Origin: Balneolaceae bacterium
GTDB lineage: Bacteria; Bacteroidota; Rhodothermia; Balneolales; Balneolaceae
DNA: 41,571 nt
NCBI GenBank assembly: GCA_033722415.1
Contig: JAWVZC010000001.1
Location: forward strand, 1-41,571
Direction: 5' to 3'
This document shows, in pieces, positions 1 to 8,953 of the stretch; the first letter of the stretch is position 1; every line of letters begins with the position of its first letter. The notes under the pieces are model-generated. The model was given only the letters and a program-made list of their open reading frames with translations, made no database searches and was not told the DNA's origin. Made by a program: the position numbers and the translations under genes.

Positions 1-2422
1 ACTGCCCCTCCACCATCCCGGTCGAACCTCCGGCAAGTTGTGCCTGCACTTTCGGTTTGGCGTAGTAGAGCAGGATGAAGGTTCCCCCGTCGGGTACGCC
101 GGCCTTGTGTTCGGCCCCGGGATGATCGCCAACAAAGTTTTTCAGGACGAAATCTTCCAGGAGTTCCTTCTTTCGTTCAATTATTTTCTGGTACAGCACC
201 GTCACTTTTTCGATCAGGCAGCAGGAGGAGATTATCCGGTTCAGGATATACTGGTACTGTTCCAGCCAGGGTTGCGCCTTCTCCTCTGTTTTCAGGCTCG
301 ACAGGTTCTGAAAACGCTTCTTTGACTGCTGCGTCTGCCGGCACTGGGCACGCAGGGCCTCGATATACTTTTCGAGATTTTCCTGGTTAAAATCCTCGAT
401 ATCCGTGAGCTTGTAATCCTGGGTTTCTTTCAGGTAGGCTATCAGTTCCAGTGGAATATTTACCGTGGCTTCCACGATCTCCTTGTTCTCCCAGCCCCCG
501 ACTACCTGTTCAAGCGCTTTTGAACCGTTATAGATAATATCATTTCGGCCGTCGGTAACCGCTATATTCTGGTTTAGCGTGTAACCTGTGGTGCCCTGCG
601 TGGTATCAATGTTCTGGTAGACCTCGTTTTCTTTCGAGGCTTTCGCCTTCGACACGGTACCGGTGGCATAGGACATCACATACATCGGTTCCATCTCCGC
701 CATATACGTGCCGAATACCGTCTGGTTGTCCCCGCTGGTGTCACTGCCGGTGTCATCGGCCGCTGTATTGTCGTTTCCATCCGCCGTGTTGACCGTCGCG
801 TTCATATCGAGGGAGGGTGAAAATTTTATGTGTCGGCCGGGATCCTCCAGGCTGAACTGGGTCAGGAATTTACTGGCAGTCTCCAGCATGCACTTCTGCT
901 CCTCGTTCCAGGCCTGCAGTATCACCTGCAGATCCTCGAAATAGACGCGGTACCGGTCGTAATCGATCAGGTCCTCATCCGGCTGCGCCCCGATCGCCAC
1001 CGGTTTCACGTCAAAAGCCAGTCCTTTCTGGTCCCTGATCTCCTGGATGTTGTCCTGGGCATCCCGCACGTTTTTACCCACATGTCCCTCGATACGGAAA
1101 AAATCGTGACCTTCCAGGCAAACATCGAGCGGATTGAAGTTGCCGGAGGGATATGATTTCTCGAAATAGTTTGGTACCAGCTCCAGGTCTCCCTCTTTCC
1201 AGTTGGAGAGAAACGAAGCCGCATCCCCGGCGTCCTCGAGATCGTAGTAGTGAGGCACCGCGCGGAATCCGAGCTTCTGGTCAGCCCCGACGGAGGGCGT
1301 GATCCGAATCTCCTGCTTTTGGTCGGCGTTAAAATGGTCGATCATCAGCAGCATGCGCGTAAATGCCTTGCGCAGGCGGCGGGCCACATCCATTTCGTCA
1401 AGAATCGGGGAGGGATAGAAGCGGTGACGCCAGCTCTTCTCCTCTTCCGACAACTTCCCGAGCAGAATATGTTTCGGGAATGCGCCCGGATCGGGACAGC
1501 AGAGACTGTAGTTTTCCTTAAGCAGATCCCGGAACTCATTATACGCGGTTACCAGGTCTTTGTAGAAATCATACAGGTACTGCACGTTATAGGTACCCTG
1601 GGACAAATTACCAAGCCTGCTTTCCGGGTCGATCCCCAGCCGCTCATAGATCGATTTAAAGAAAGTCAAGGTCCCCGCTTCCGCGATGCGGGTGGCAAGG
1701 GTCTCAAACTGGACCGTGTAGGCCTTCCTGAACGCTGAGAAGCTCTTCGTGTTCACGCTGTTCAGCACCACCCGGTCGGTATACATTTTCGGCAACTTCT
1801 GACCGGCGGGATCATTTCCGCTCTCCATGATACCGGAAAAGATGGAATCCCCTTCGGCGATCAACCCAGCGGTTTCTTCCGAAACAAGCAGTACCCGCAG
1901 GTTGTTGACAACCTGCCGGCCCTGGGTGTCGCAATCCACCGGGGAACAATCCTCTTCCTCCTCCAGGTAATCCTCCAGATACAGCAGGGCCACGGCTTCA
2001 CCGGGCTCCATCTCGGTAATCGCACCCAGCTGGTTGAGTTCATGGACGTCGGAGGGAGCGGTATCCTGCTCCAGTTCCCAGAGATCATAGACATTGTCAT
2101 CTTCGTCGGTAAAGAACCGGTACTTGACATTGGGATCGGCAAACTTTTTAAATCCCCTGAAGGTAGCCGGACCCGTTTTCAACAGATTTCCCGCCGTTGT
2201 GACGGCAGCTCCCTCTGTCAGTGAAATCAGGTTGTTGTCGCCGTCATAGGTGATCCGCAGACCGCACACGATACCGACACCGCTGAGCAGAACCCGCGAT
2301 AACTGGTCCTGGTAATTCAGGTGATCCACCACCGCATTCAGCTGCTGGTCGGTTAATACCTGGTTATCAACAAATGAGCGGTAGTCCGGGGCTTGTTGAG
2401 TTAAAAGGTTATTCGTCGCCAT
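1..2422 (-). CDS. eCIS large structural protein, putative tail fibre/crown (Alg19/Cis19-like); 3' end runs off the window
   Basis: Not in the ORF track because it has no stop in the window. ATG at 2422 overlaps the end of the upstream gene and reads MATNNLLTQQAPDYRSFVDNQVLTDQQLNAVVDHLNYQDQLSRVLLSGVGIVCGL. Near the edge it reads FVGDHPGAEHKAGVPDGGTFILLYY. Both motifs are typical of the large gene following Afp12 in Bacteroidota/cyanobacterial eCIS loci. The fibre role is inferred. Confidence 0.75.
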   Translation of the reverse strand, partial: MATNNLLTQQAPDYRSFVDNQVLTDQQLNAVVDHLNYQDQLSRVLLSGVGIVCGLRITYDGDNNLISLTEGAAVTTAGNLLKTGPATFRGFKKFADPNVKYRFFTDEDDNVYDLWELEQDTAPSDVHELNQLGAITEMEPGEAVALLYLEDYLEEEEDCSPVDCDTQGRQVVNNLRVLLVSEETAGLIAEGDSIFSGIMESGNDPAGQKLPKMYTDRVVLNSVNTKSFSAFRKAYTVQFETLATRIAEAGTLTFFKSIYERLGIDPESRLGNLSQGTYNVQYLYDFYKDLVTAYNEFRDLLKENYSLCCPDPGAFPKHILLGKLSEEEKSWRHRFYPSPILDEMDVARRLRKAFTRMLLMIDHFNADQKQEIRITPSVGADQKLGFRAVPHYYDLEDAGDAASFLSNWKEGDLELVPNYFEKSYPSGNFNPLDVCLEGHDFFRIEGHVGKNVRDAQDNIQEIRDQKGLAFDVKPVAIGAQPDEDLIDYDRYRVYFEDLQVILQAWNEEQKCMLETASKFLTQFSLEDPGRHIKFSPSLDMNATVNTADGNDNTAADDTGSDTSGDNQTVFGTYMAEMEPMYVMSYATGTVSKAKASKENEVYQNIDTTQGTTGYTLNQNIAVTDGRNDIIYNGSKALEQVVGGWENKEIVEATVNIPLELIAYLKETQDYKLTDIEDFNQENLEKYIEALRAQCRQTQQSKKRFQNLSSLKTEEKAQPWLEQYQYILNRIISSCCLIEKVTVLYQKIIERKKELLEDFVLKNFVGDHPGAEHKAGVPDGGTFILLYYAKPKVQAQLAGGSTGMVEGQ

Positions 2423-5141
2423 TGTCCTCTTGTTTAAGTTCACCTATCGTTGATTTCCCCAGTATAATGGAGGGCTCCGGTTCTTCCTCTCCGGCCTCTT
2501 CACAATCGTGCAGCTTTCCTGCCGGGTACACCGTTTCCAGATCATGCAGAAGGTCTGCCAGGGGTTTTAGGTATTCATTCTCTTTTTGATCTTCGGGATG
2601 TTCCATCTTCTCGGTAATCCATTGTCGGTAAAGCGTTTGCAGTTTCGCCATCTGGCCTTCTTCAGTGGTTTCCCCACCCTCGTCGGTTTCTGCCGTATTC
2701 CCGATCCAGCAGATTCGTACCAGGATATGGGCGGGTACTTCCCGGCGGATTACGTTCTCGGCATACTCCCGGAAGTAGAAGTTGGAAAAACGCTTCAGCC
2801 AGCCGGGAAATACAAAAGTAAGGCGCAGCGAGTAGGGATCGGGCGGGGAACACTGGGCGCATTCCCGGTCCATACAGATTTTTATGAATTTTGAATCCGC
2901 ATCGGGATCGTCCCGGTCCGGTCGGAGCAGAATGTGTTCAAAGAGGAACATCCCCTCCTTCGACACCCGGTCAAACATATACTGCGAGATCGATTCGATT
3001 TCGTCTTCCGCTTCTTCCCTGGTATCAAAAAAGTCGATGTGCCGGGCCACCACTTCCCCGTCCTGGTCAATCAGGTTGAAGTAATACTCCTCTTCATCCT
3101 CCGTCTGCCTCAGGTCGTAGTTTCCGGGATCCCACGCCAGCGATACGGTGATCCACATTTCGCGCTCCGCTTCCGCCCGGGAGTGGTAGTGCATGCTGCT
3201 GGAAAATATAATCTCCCCATCGTTATTTTTAATACGCCAGCGCCATTCATCCAGTTCATCCGTGTCCTCCTCCTGGTAAATATCGTAGTTGTAGACCGTA
3301 AGATCTCGGCGGGAGTAGTCCCGGATCCCCAGCAGCCTCGCCACCCGGTGTTCCAGTCCTGATACCCGCCAGGTGTCCCAGGGTTCGCTGTCGTCATTGT
3401 AATAGTCGTACGAACGGGCGCGGTTGGAACTGATCTCGGGATACTCCTCCAGCAGCTTCGATTTGTGCCAGAGCGTGGCACTGCTGAGCTCCTCACCAAA
3501 TTCATCCAGCATCGCAAACGCGTATCGATTCATATTTTCGGCAAAACGGGCAAGAAGGTGGTCCAGGAACCGGTTTTTGCGCTCTTCAAAATTATCCAGG
3601 TCGTCAAGTATCATCTCAACCTGACCAGAATAGCCTGATATGTTACTAACAAGCTCTTCGAACCCGTTGACATCACTCACTTCCCCTGAAAAATAGCTGG
3701 CCGAACCTACCTCCGATGACAGCAGGTCCCCCATATTCTTCAAATGGGCAAAATAGCTGGCCAGCACCTGGTCGAAAAAGAGCAGATAACTTTTTAGCTG
3801 TTTGGCCCTGGCGTGCCGTTCCGGCGGCAGTGCGGGAGAGAGCCCGTACTCACCGGTCCCGTATATCCTGGGGAGATCGTTCTGCACCGAGCGGTAGTGT
3901 TCCAGGTCGAGAAAACGACCTTCCGGGGAAGCGATATCCTCGTAGGTAAGGGATAGCTCCTCCCGGTTTTTCGCGATCAAAGCATTCAGCTTCTCCTTCA
4001 CCACCGTCTTGTCTTTCGGTACGGGTATGACATCCTTGAACAGGTTTGTGGCACGGATACTATTATCAACACAGAGGCGCGGCAGCATGCCGACTTCTTC
4101 CGGCAGGCAGAATGTCCACTTCTGGCTGTTCTTATCCCGAATATCCTCCGGAATCTCACTGCCGTTGCAGGGGCCCACCTTAAGTTTTTTGATACCGGTA
4201 ACGCCCGGGGTCTCCATTACGATCTGCACCAGATCGGAGAGGTGAACTTCACGCTTAATAGCCGCTTTTTCCAGTTCCTCGTCGGTGATGAACCCGTTAT
4301 CCAGCACCGGACCCTCGAAAATATCCTCTGTAGGAACATCTTCATCGAGCAGCTGACTGAGCGAGTAGCGCCTGACCGAGGGCGACAGGTATTCCTGCAC
4401 CCGGAACAGGATCTCCGACATCACTTCGGTGGAACTTGCAGACCGTTCAATCTCGATATCTCCGCAAACCAGAATATCGAGATAGTCCACTTCTTTAACC
4501 TCAACCAGGTCTTCACACAGGTTCCGGTTGTCGTGATACCGTTTGGTGATCTCATTTTCGATCTCTTCAATACGTGTTATGCGTTCCGGGTCATCCTCCG
4601 GGAGAATTTTGAGATCGTGATCCGGTTCAAAGTAGATGTCATACAGGCCTTTCAGCGTATGGGTTTCCACCAGTTCGTAGTGCGGTGAGAGATCGTCTTG
4701 ATAACTTAGTTTACCCTGTGGAAACTCATCCGTCGGTTCATCTTTCAGCAGGCAGTGCGAGTACACCTTCTGCGTGCTGTTGACCTTCACGAAGGCGTTA
4801 TGTACGCCCTCAATATCGATGAACAGTTTTCGGTAGTCGGTTTCGCTGACGGGCCTGGTTGTAAGTATATGCTTCGCGGTCGGGAAATTACCCGCCTGTC
4901 CGGTGGAACCGTTTTGTTTTCGGGTTACCAGGTCGGGTATCGGTAAATTGATGCGATTACCCAGGTCGGTAATGGCGTAACACAATGCTTCCAGCAAGGT
5001 GATCCCCGGGTCATGCACATTGTGATCGGTCCAGATTTTACGGCTCAACTCCTCGATATGCCGCATACCCTCCTGTCGCAGGAATTCATAATCCCGGTCA
5101 TCCTGCGTGCTGGTATTCTTTGGAATCGTTATGGAGTCCAT
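2409..5141 (-). CDS. eCIS baseplate wedge protein (Afp12/Alg12-like) with DUF1508/YegP-like inserts
   Basis: WTDHNVHDPGITLLEALCYAITDL, RNLCED, QLKSYLLFFDQVLA, FLDHLLARFAE, EHILLRP and IRREVPAH motifs. Start moved from 5180 to 5141 (MDSITIPK), just after the upstream stop at 5143-5145. Confidence 0.9.
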   Translation of the reverse strand: MDSITIPKNTSTQDDRDYEFLRQEGMRHIEELSRKIWTDHNVHDPGITLLEALCYAITDLGNRINLPIPDLVTRKQNGSTGQAGNFPTAKHILTTRPVSETDYRKLFIDIEGVHNAFVKVNSTQKVYSHCLLKDEPTDEFPQGKLSYQDDLSPHYELVETHTLKGLYDIYFEPDHDLKILPEDDPERITRIEEIENEITKRYHDNRNLCEDLVEVKEVDYLDILVCGDIEIERSASSTEVMSEILFRVQEYLSPSVRRYSLSQLLDEDVPTEDIFEGPVLDNGFITDEELEKAAIKREVHLSDLVQIVMETPGVTGIKKLKVGPCNGSEIPEDIRDKNSQKWTFCLPEEVGMLPRLCVDNSIRATNLFKDVIPVPKDKTVVKEKLNALIAKNREELSLTYEDIASPEGRFLDLEHYRSVQNDLPRIYGTGEYGLSPALPPERHARAKQLKSYLLFFDQVLASYFAHLKNMGDLLSSEVGSASYFSGEVSDVNGFEELVSNISGYSGQVEMILDDLDNFEERKNRFLDHLLARFAENMNRYAFAMLDEFGEELSSATLWHKSKLLEEYPEISSNRARSYDYYNDDSEPWDTWRVSGLEHRVARLLGIRDYSRRDLTVYNYDIYQEEDTDELDEWRWRIKNNDGEIIFSSSMHYHSRAEAEREMWITVSLAWDPGNYDLRQTEDEEEYYFNLIDQDGEVVARHIDFFDTREEAEDEIESISQYMFDRVSKEGMFLFEHILLRPDRDDPDADSKFIKICMDRECAQCSPPDPYSLRLTFVFPGWLKRFSNFYFREYAENVIRREVPAHILVRICWIGNTAETDEGGETTEEGQMAKLQTLYRQWITEKMEHPEDQKENEYLKPLADLLHDLETVYPAGKLHDCEEAGEEEPEPSIILGKSTIGELKQEDNGDE

Positions 5142-5142
5142 A

Positions 5143-8100
5143 TCAGGCACACCCTGCTGCTTTATTAATGTCATGTTCACCGGCCGGTACCAGAATGGCC
5201 ATGGAGTTGGATGGTTCCACAGTCGATCTCTTCATGAAATCGGACTCATCCAGCGGGGCCGGTTTGTGGTACATCCGGAAATTCTCGATATAGTCGATAT
5301 ACTCCAGGTTTTCCAGGTAGTTCACGATCTCGTACTCCGTATATACTCCCCCGAAAAGGATGGCGGCATCCGATTCAAACACCCACGGGGCCAGCAGTTT
5401 TTTCAGATCCTCAATCGTTACCGCCCGGTAAAAGTTGTAATCCAGACCGGTGTTGAACGCCACGTCAAATTCAAAGCGAACAGGCTCATAAATCGGGTTC
5501 GCTATCCAGAGGTCGGCATGTACTGAGTTCAACCGGTCCGCGAATTCCCGGACACGATCCTGGAAATCCTGACTCACTTTCGGTTCCAGCCTGAATTCGG
5601 TATTCCCCTCCGTTACCTGCGGGACCAGGACCAGCGTTACATTACCGGGGCTCCGTTCATGAGGCGCCTCCCCGTCCCAATAGGTGTGGTTCAGGCATTT
5701 CACTTTGTAGAGTGACGGGAACTCCTGCAGCACCAGGTGCTCATAATCCCAGATACTAACAGCCCTGTTTTTGTGGCGCAGCCGCTCACTAACCCGCCGG
5801 TAGAATGCGTCGTCCGTCTCAGCGGGCTTCCCCTCGAACGAGGGATAGGGCTGTGACACCGATTTCAGTTTGGCCCTCGGGTTCACCAGCTTACCAATCG
5901 TGCCACCGGGCAGTCCCTCTTCCAGGTGATCCGTGGTGTTGTCGCGGTTATCAAACACCGCATCCGTAGCCTGCGCATGAATTCCGATAAATTTACATAC
6001 CGACTGAGGGTGTTCTTTTCTAAGCCGTACGCGCAGCCAGTGCAGATCACCCGCCAGGAGCGTATTGCCCGTATCGGCCGCCTGTGGCACCGGCAGCTCC
6101 ACCACACCCGACCGGAGGAAATTATTCGTGTCATTCCTGGCAAAATCCTTTGCCTTTATCTGCTCCCACCGGTTCCCGGCCAGTGCCCACCAGTCGATAT
6201 CGCCCTCGGTAAAACTGCTGTGCAGCGGATTTTCACTTCCCTCCGCCACCTGAATCAGCAGGCTGATGTTGCTGCCGGGTTCCATCTTTTCAAGGCCGAT
6301 ATACAATTCGTGATTTCCATACCCGGGCAGCAAGGTCTTCTGGTCCGCCACCACACGCAGCGTACCGAACGGGTGCTTGTGAAACATTTCCGAAGTGTCT
6401 GAATCCCGATCATTTTCCGGGAAGATCACTTCCTCTGAAGCGGTATAATTCAGCGTAAGCTTGTCGAGGAGCGGGGTATACGGTTCGTTCGGCAGGTCCA
6501 CCTCGTCTACGGTGCCGTCCTTGTTTTGGGCCTGCAAAATGGCATTAACGTACAGTTCCGAATAGAGGTCGTGGTAAAACGATTCGGTTAGGGCCACCTC
6601 GATCTCCCCTTTTGACGCCGGCGTAGGACCACCCGTTGCGTCCACCTCGACCTGCGGAGGTTCACTAAACAGCTGGTGCCGTTCAGGGTCGCTATCGTCA
6701 GGATCCGGGTTATAGGGAGAAGTCACTTTTACCTGGAAGGTATCCCGCATCGTATCGGGCGGCGGTCCCCCGTTGACAATCTCCCCGGTTAACGCTTCCC
6801 CGGTAACGTAATACCCGACGTAACTATAGGTATAGATCTGGTCGAGATACAGGAAGTAATTGGTCTTCTGATCGTTAATGGCATCCTGGTACTGGTCGTA
6901 ATGCTGACTGAAATTGGCCGGGACGTTCAGCCATTTCATCTCCAGTTCAAACCGGGATACCGGCTTGTCGTACATCTCCGGGTAGGTAACTTTCAGCTTT
7001 GATCCCACCTTCGGTCGCGATCCGAACGGCATGAACGGCTTGCCCGGGTCCAGGGTACCCAGTTCATTCTGCAGCTGCAAGGTTTCGATCCCCTTGACCT
7101 GTGTCTTCAGTTGCAGGCTCGTTATTTCGGCCAGCCGAAGCGTGTTATAATGTTCGTTCCGGGTTATCTCCAGCTTAAGCACCGGGTGTTCCGTGTCGAT
7201 GGAGGCCTTGTGGACCTTCTCGCTGTATGGCAGCACGGGATCGATATCCGATGCCAATGTTATCTCCCAGCTCCTGGAGTTATTCGACAGTTCAACATTG
7301 GTCACCTCGAGCCATCCCTTCTCGCCGGTGAGGGCGGCCTTGATATTCCCTGCTTTCAGGCTCTTGATTGCATCGGGGTTTTCAAATTCAAATGTCAGGG
7401 TAATAACCCGTTCCCCCTCCGCAAGTCTCAGCAGGTCCGAAGCGATGTAAAAGCTGAGTTCCGCTTCCGGCCATTTGCTACTGCCAAACGCCGCCCAGGC
7501 CTGTCCCTCCTCCAGCTCCTGCCCGTTTCCGTCTGCCGAGTTAACGATCGGGGCATGTCTTAAGATTCCGCCGGAATCGGTAAAAACCGCTTTAAGCGAC
7601 TTTACGCTTGCGGGGTTTACTACCACTTGCGATTCTGTCTGGTAAACCAGCGGCTTCCCCTCGCTGTCTTTTCCTGCTTTCAGCTCCACGCCGGTGTCGA
7701 CCAATTCGCTGACGGCATTTTGGGCCAATTCAAACAGCACATGGACCCGGTCCGGCTCGAACGGTTTCTTTTCGAGGTCCAGCACCTCGCTGTAATAGTA
7801 ATCGAGATGTTTCTTGGGAAGCCCGTTGATACTCTGCTGCGGGTAGGTAAGCAGTTTCAGAAAACTGACAAACAGGGCCAGGTGGGGCTCCATATCGCCG
7901 TCACCATACTGGTCAAGCAGTGCTCCGACAGCGTCATCGTGTTCAAAGAACGCCTGCCAGTCGCCTCCGGGTTTATCGGGATTATCCGGCGGAAAATAGT
8001 TGATAAGCCGGGCGTAGTCATAGGCAAACTTCAGCCAGTCCTCCTCGTCAAGCTCATGGAGCTTCACATTTTCCGGCAGCAGTGCTTCCGGTGTGCGGGC

Positions 8101-8157
8101 TCCCTGCGAGGTGCCCTGGTGTTTCAGCGGATTGCTATGTTCACAGCTGTTGCTCAT
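5143..8157 (-). CDS. eCIS baseplate J/gp47-like wedge protein (Afp11/Alg11-like)
   Basis: 1004 aa with PHLALFVSFLKL, HLDYYYSEVL, PFMPFGSRP and FYRRVSERLRHKNRAVSIWDYEHLVLQEFP motifs; follows gp25. Confidence 0.92.
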   Translation of the reverse strand: MSNSCEHSNPLKHQGTSQGARTPEALLPENVKLHELDEEDWLKFAYDYARLINYFPPDNPDKPGGDWQAFFEHDDAVGALLDQYGDGDMEPHLALFVSFLKLLTYPQQSINGLPKKHLDYYYSEVLDLEKKPFEPDRVHVLFELAQNAVSELVDTGVELKAGKDSEGKPLVYQTESQVVVNPASVKSLKAVFTDSGGILRHAPIVNSADGNGQELEEGQAWAAFGSSKWPEAELSFYIASDLLRLAEGERVITLTFEFENPDAIKSLKAGNIKAALTGEKGWLEVTNVELSNNSRSWEITLASDIDPVLPYSEKVHKASIDTEHPVLKLEITRNEHYNTLRLAEITSLQLKTQVKGIETLQLQNELGTLDPGKPFMPFGSRPKVGSKLKVTYPEMYDKPVSRFELEMKWLNVPANFSQHYDQYQDAINDQKTNYFLYLDQIYTYSYVGYYVTGEALTGEIVNGGPPPDTMRDTFQVKVTSPYNPDPDDSDPERHQLFSEPPQVEVDATGGPTPASKGEIEVALTESFYHDLYSELYVNAILQAQNKDGTVDEVDLPNEPYTPLLDKLTLNYTASEEVIFPENDRDSDTSEMFHKHPFGTLRVVADQKTLLPGYGNHELYIGLEKMEPGSNISLLIQVAEGSENPLHSSFTEGDIDWWALAGNRWEQIKAKDFARNDTNNFLRSGVVELPVPQAADTGNTLLAGDLHWLRVRLRKEHPQSVCKFIGIHAQATDAVFDNRDNTTDHLEEGLPGGTIGKLVNPRAKLKSVSQPYPSFEGKPAETDDAFYRRVSERLRHKNRAVSIWDYEHLVLQEFPSLYKVKCLNHTYWDGEAPHERSPGNVTLVLVPQVTEGNTEFRLEPKVSQDFQDRVREFADRLNSVHADLWIANPIYEPVRFEFDVAFNTGLDYNFYRAVTIEDLKKLLAPWVFESDAAILFGGVYTEYEIVNYLENLEYIDYIENFRMYHKPAPLDESDFMKRSTVEPSNSMAILVPAGEHDINKAAGCA

Positions 8158-8594
8158 TGACGTGCTTCCGTTTCCGTTCCTTCTTCCAGATAAAAAGGAT
8201 ATACCATGTTATAGCGGGAGTTGGTGCTGCGGATCACGTAGTCGATCTCGATGAGTACCCGCCCTTCGTGGATATCGCTGTCATCGACCGTAATTTCCAG
8301 CGGTTCAATCCGGGGTTCATAATAAAGGATGGCGGTCTCAACCATATCAGCCAGGTAGGTTTTGAGCGAGAGATTGAACGACTCGAATACCATTTCATCG
8401 AGGTTGCACCCGTAATCGGGCCGCATTACCCGCTCTCCTTTACGGGTTCCCAGCAAAATTTCAAGGCTCTGCTCGATATCCTCCCTGTCGCTGGTCAAAT
8501 CGACACGTCGCGTATCCTTGCCTTTCTCGAAGACGGGCGGAAATCCCCACCCGGTGCCGAGGAAGTTGTTACTGTCTGTGTTGGAATTCGCCAT
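8154..8594 (-). CDS. GPW/gp25 family baseplate/sheath initiator (Afp9-like)
   Basis: FLGTGWGFPP, IEQSLEILLGTRKGERVMRPDYGC, EPRI and TNSRYNMVYPFY motifs. Confidence 0.95.
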   Translation of the reverse strand: MANSNTDSNNFLGTGWGFPPVFEKGKDTRRVDLTSDREDIEQSLEILLGTRKGERVMRPDYGCNLDEMVFESFNLSLKTYLADMVETAILYYEPRIEPLEITVDDSDIHEGRVLIEIDYVIRSTNSRYNMVYPFYLEEGTETEARQ

Positions 8595-8652
8595 TTTACG
8601 TTGGATAATGTTGAAATGTCATGTAATATAATCTGCTTTGCCCGCACGGGGA

Positions 8653-8946
8653 CTACCCGCCAATTATCACTGTGGGGCTGCCCGCCACAATCTGTCCGCC
8701 GTGGGCTGTCATGTCTCCCATGCGGGCCGCCGGCATCCCTTCAATCAGCACGGTTCCGGACCCCTGTACGATCGTGTCGGGCGGACCGGAACAGGTGGCC
8801 ATATCGCCCATGCGCGCCGCGGGCATCCCCTCGATCAGGACCGTTGGAGCTCCCGGCGGCAGAATGGGACCCCCCACGTGCGGGGCGGGACCCGGGTTTA
8901 CCATGGGACAAATATGCATATCGTTGATTCTGGCTGCTAAAGGCAT
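8653..8946 (-). CDS. PAAR spike-tip protein (Afp10-like)
   Basis: Repeated VLIEGMPAARMGD units with His/Cys metal ligands; follows the spike gene. Confidence 0.96.
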   Translation of the reverse strand: MPLAARINDMHICPMVNPGPAPHVGGPILPPGAPTVLIEGMPAARMGDMATCSGPPDTIVQGSGTVLIEGMPAARMGDMTAHGGQIVAGSPTVIIGG

Positions 8947-8953
8947 AACTGGG

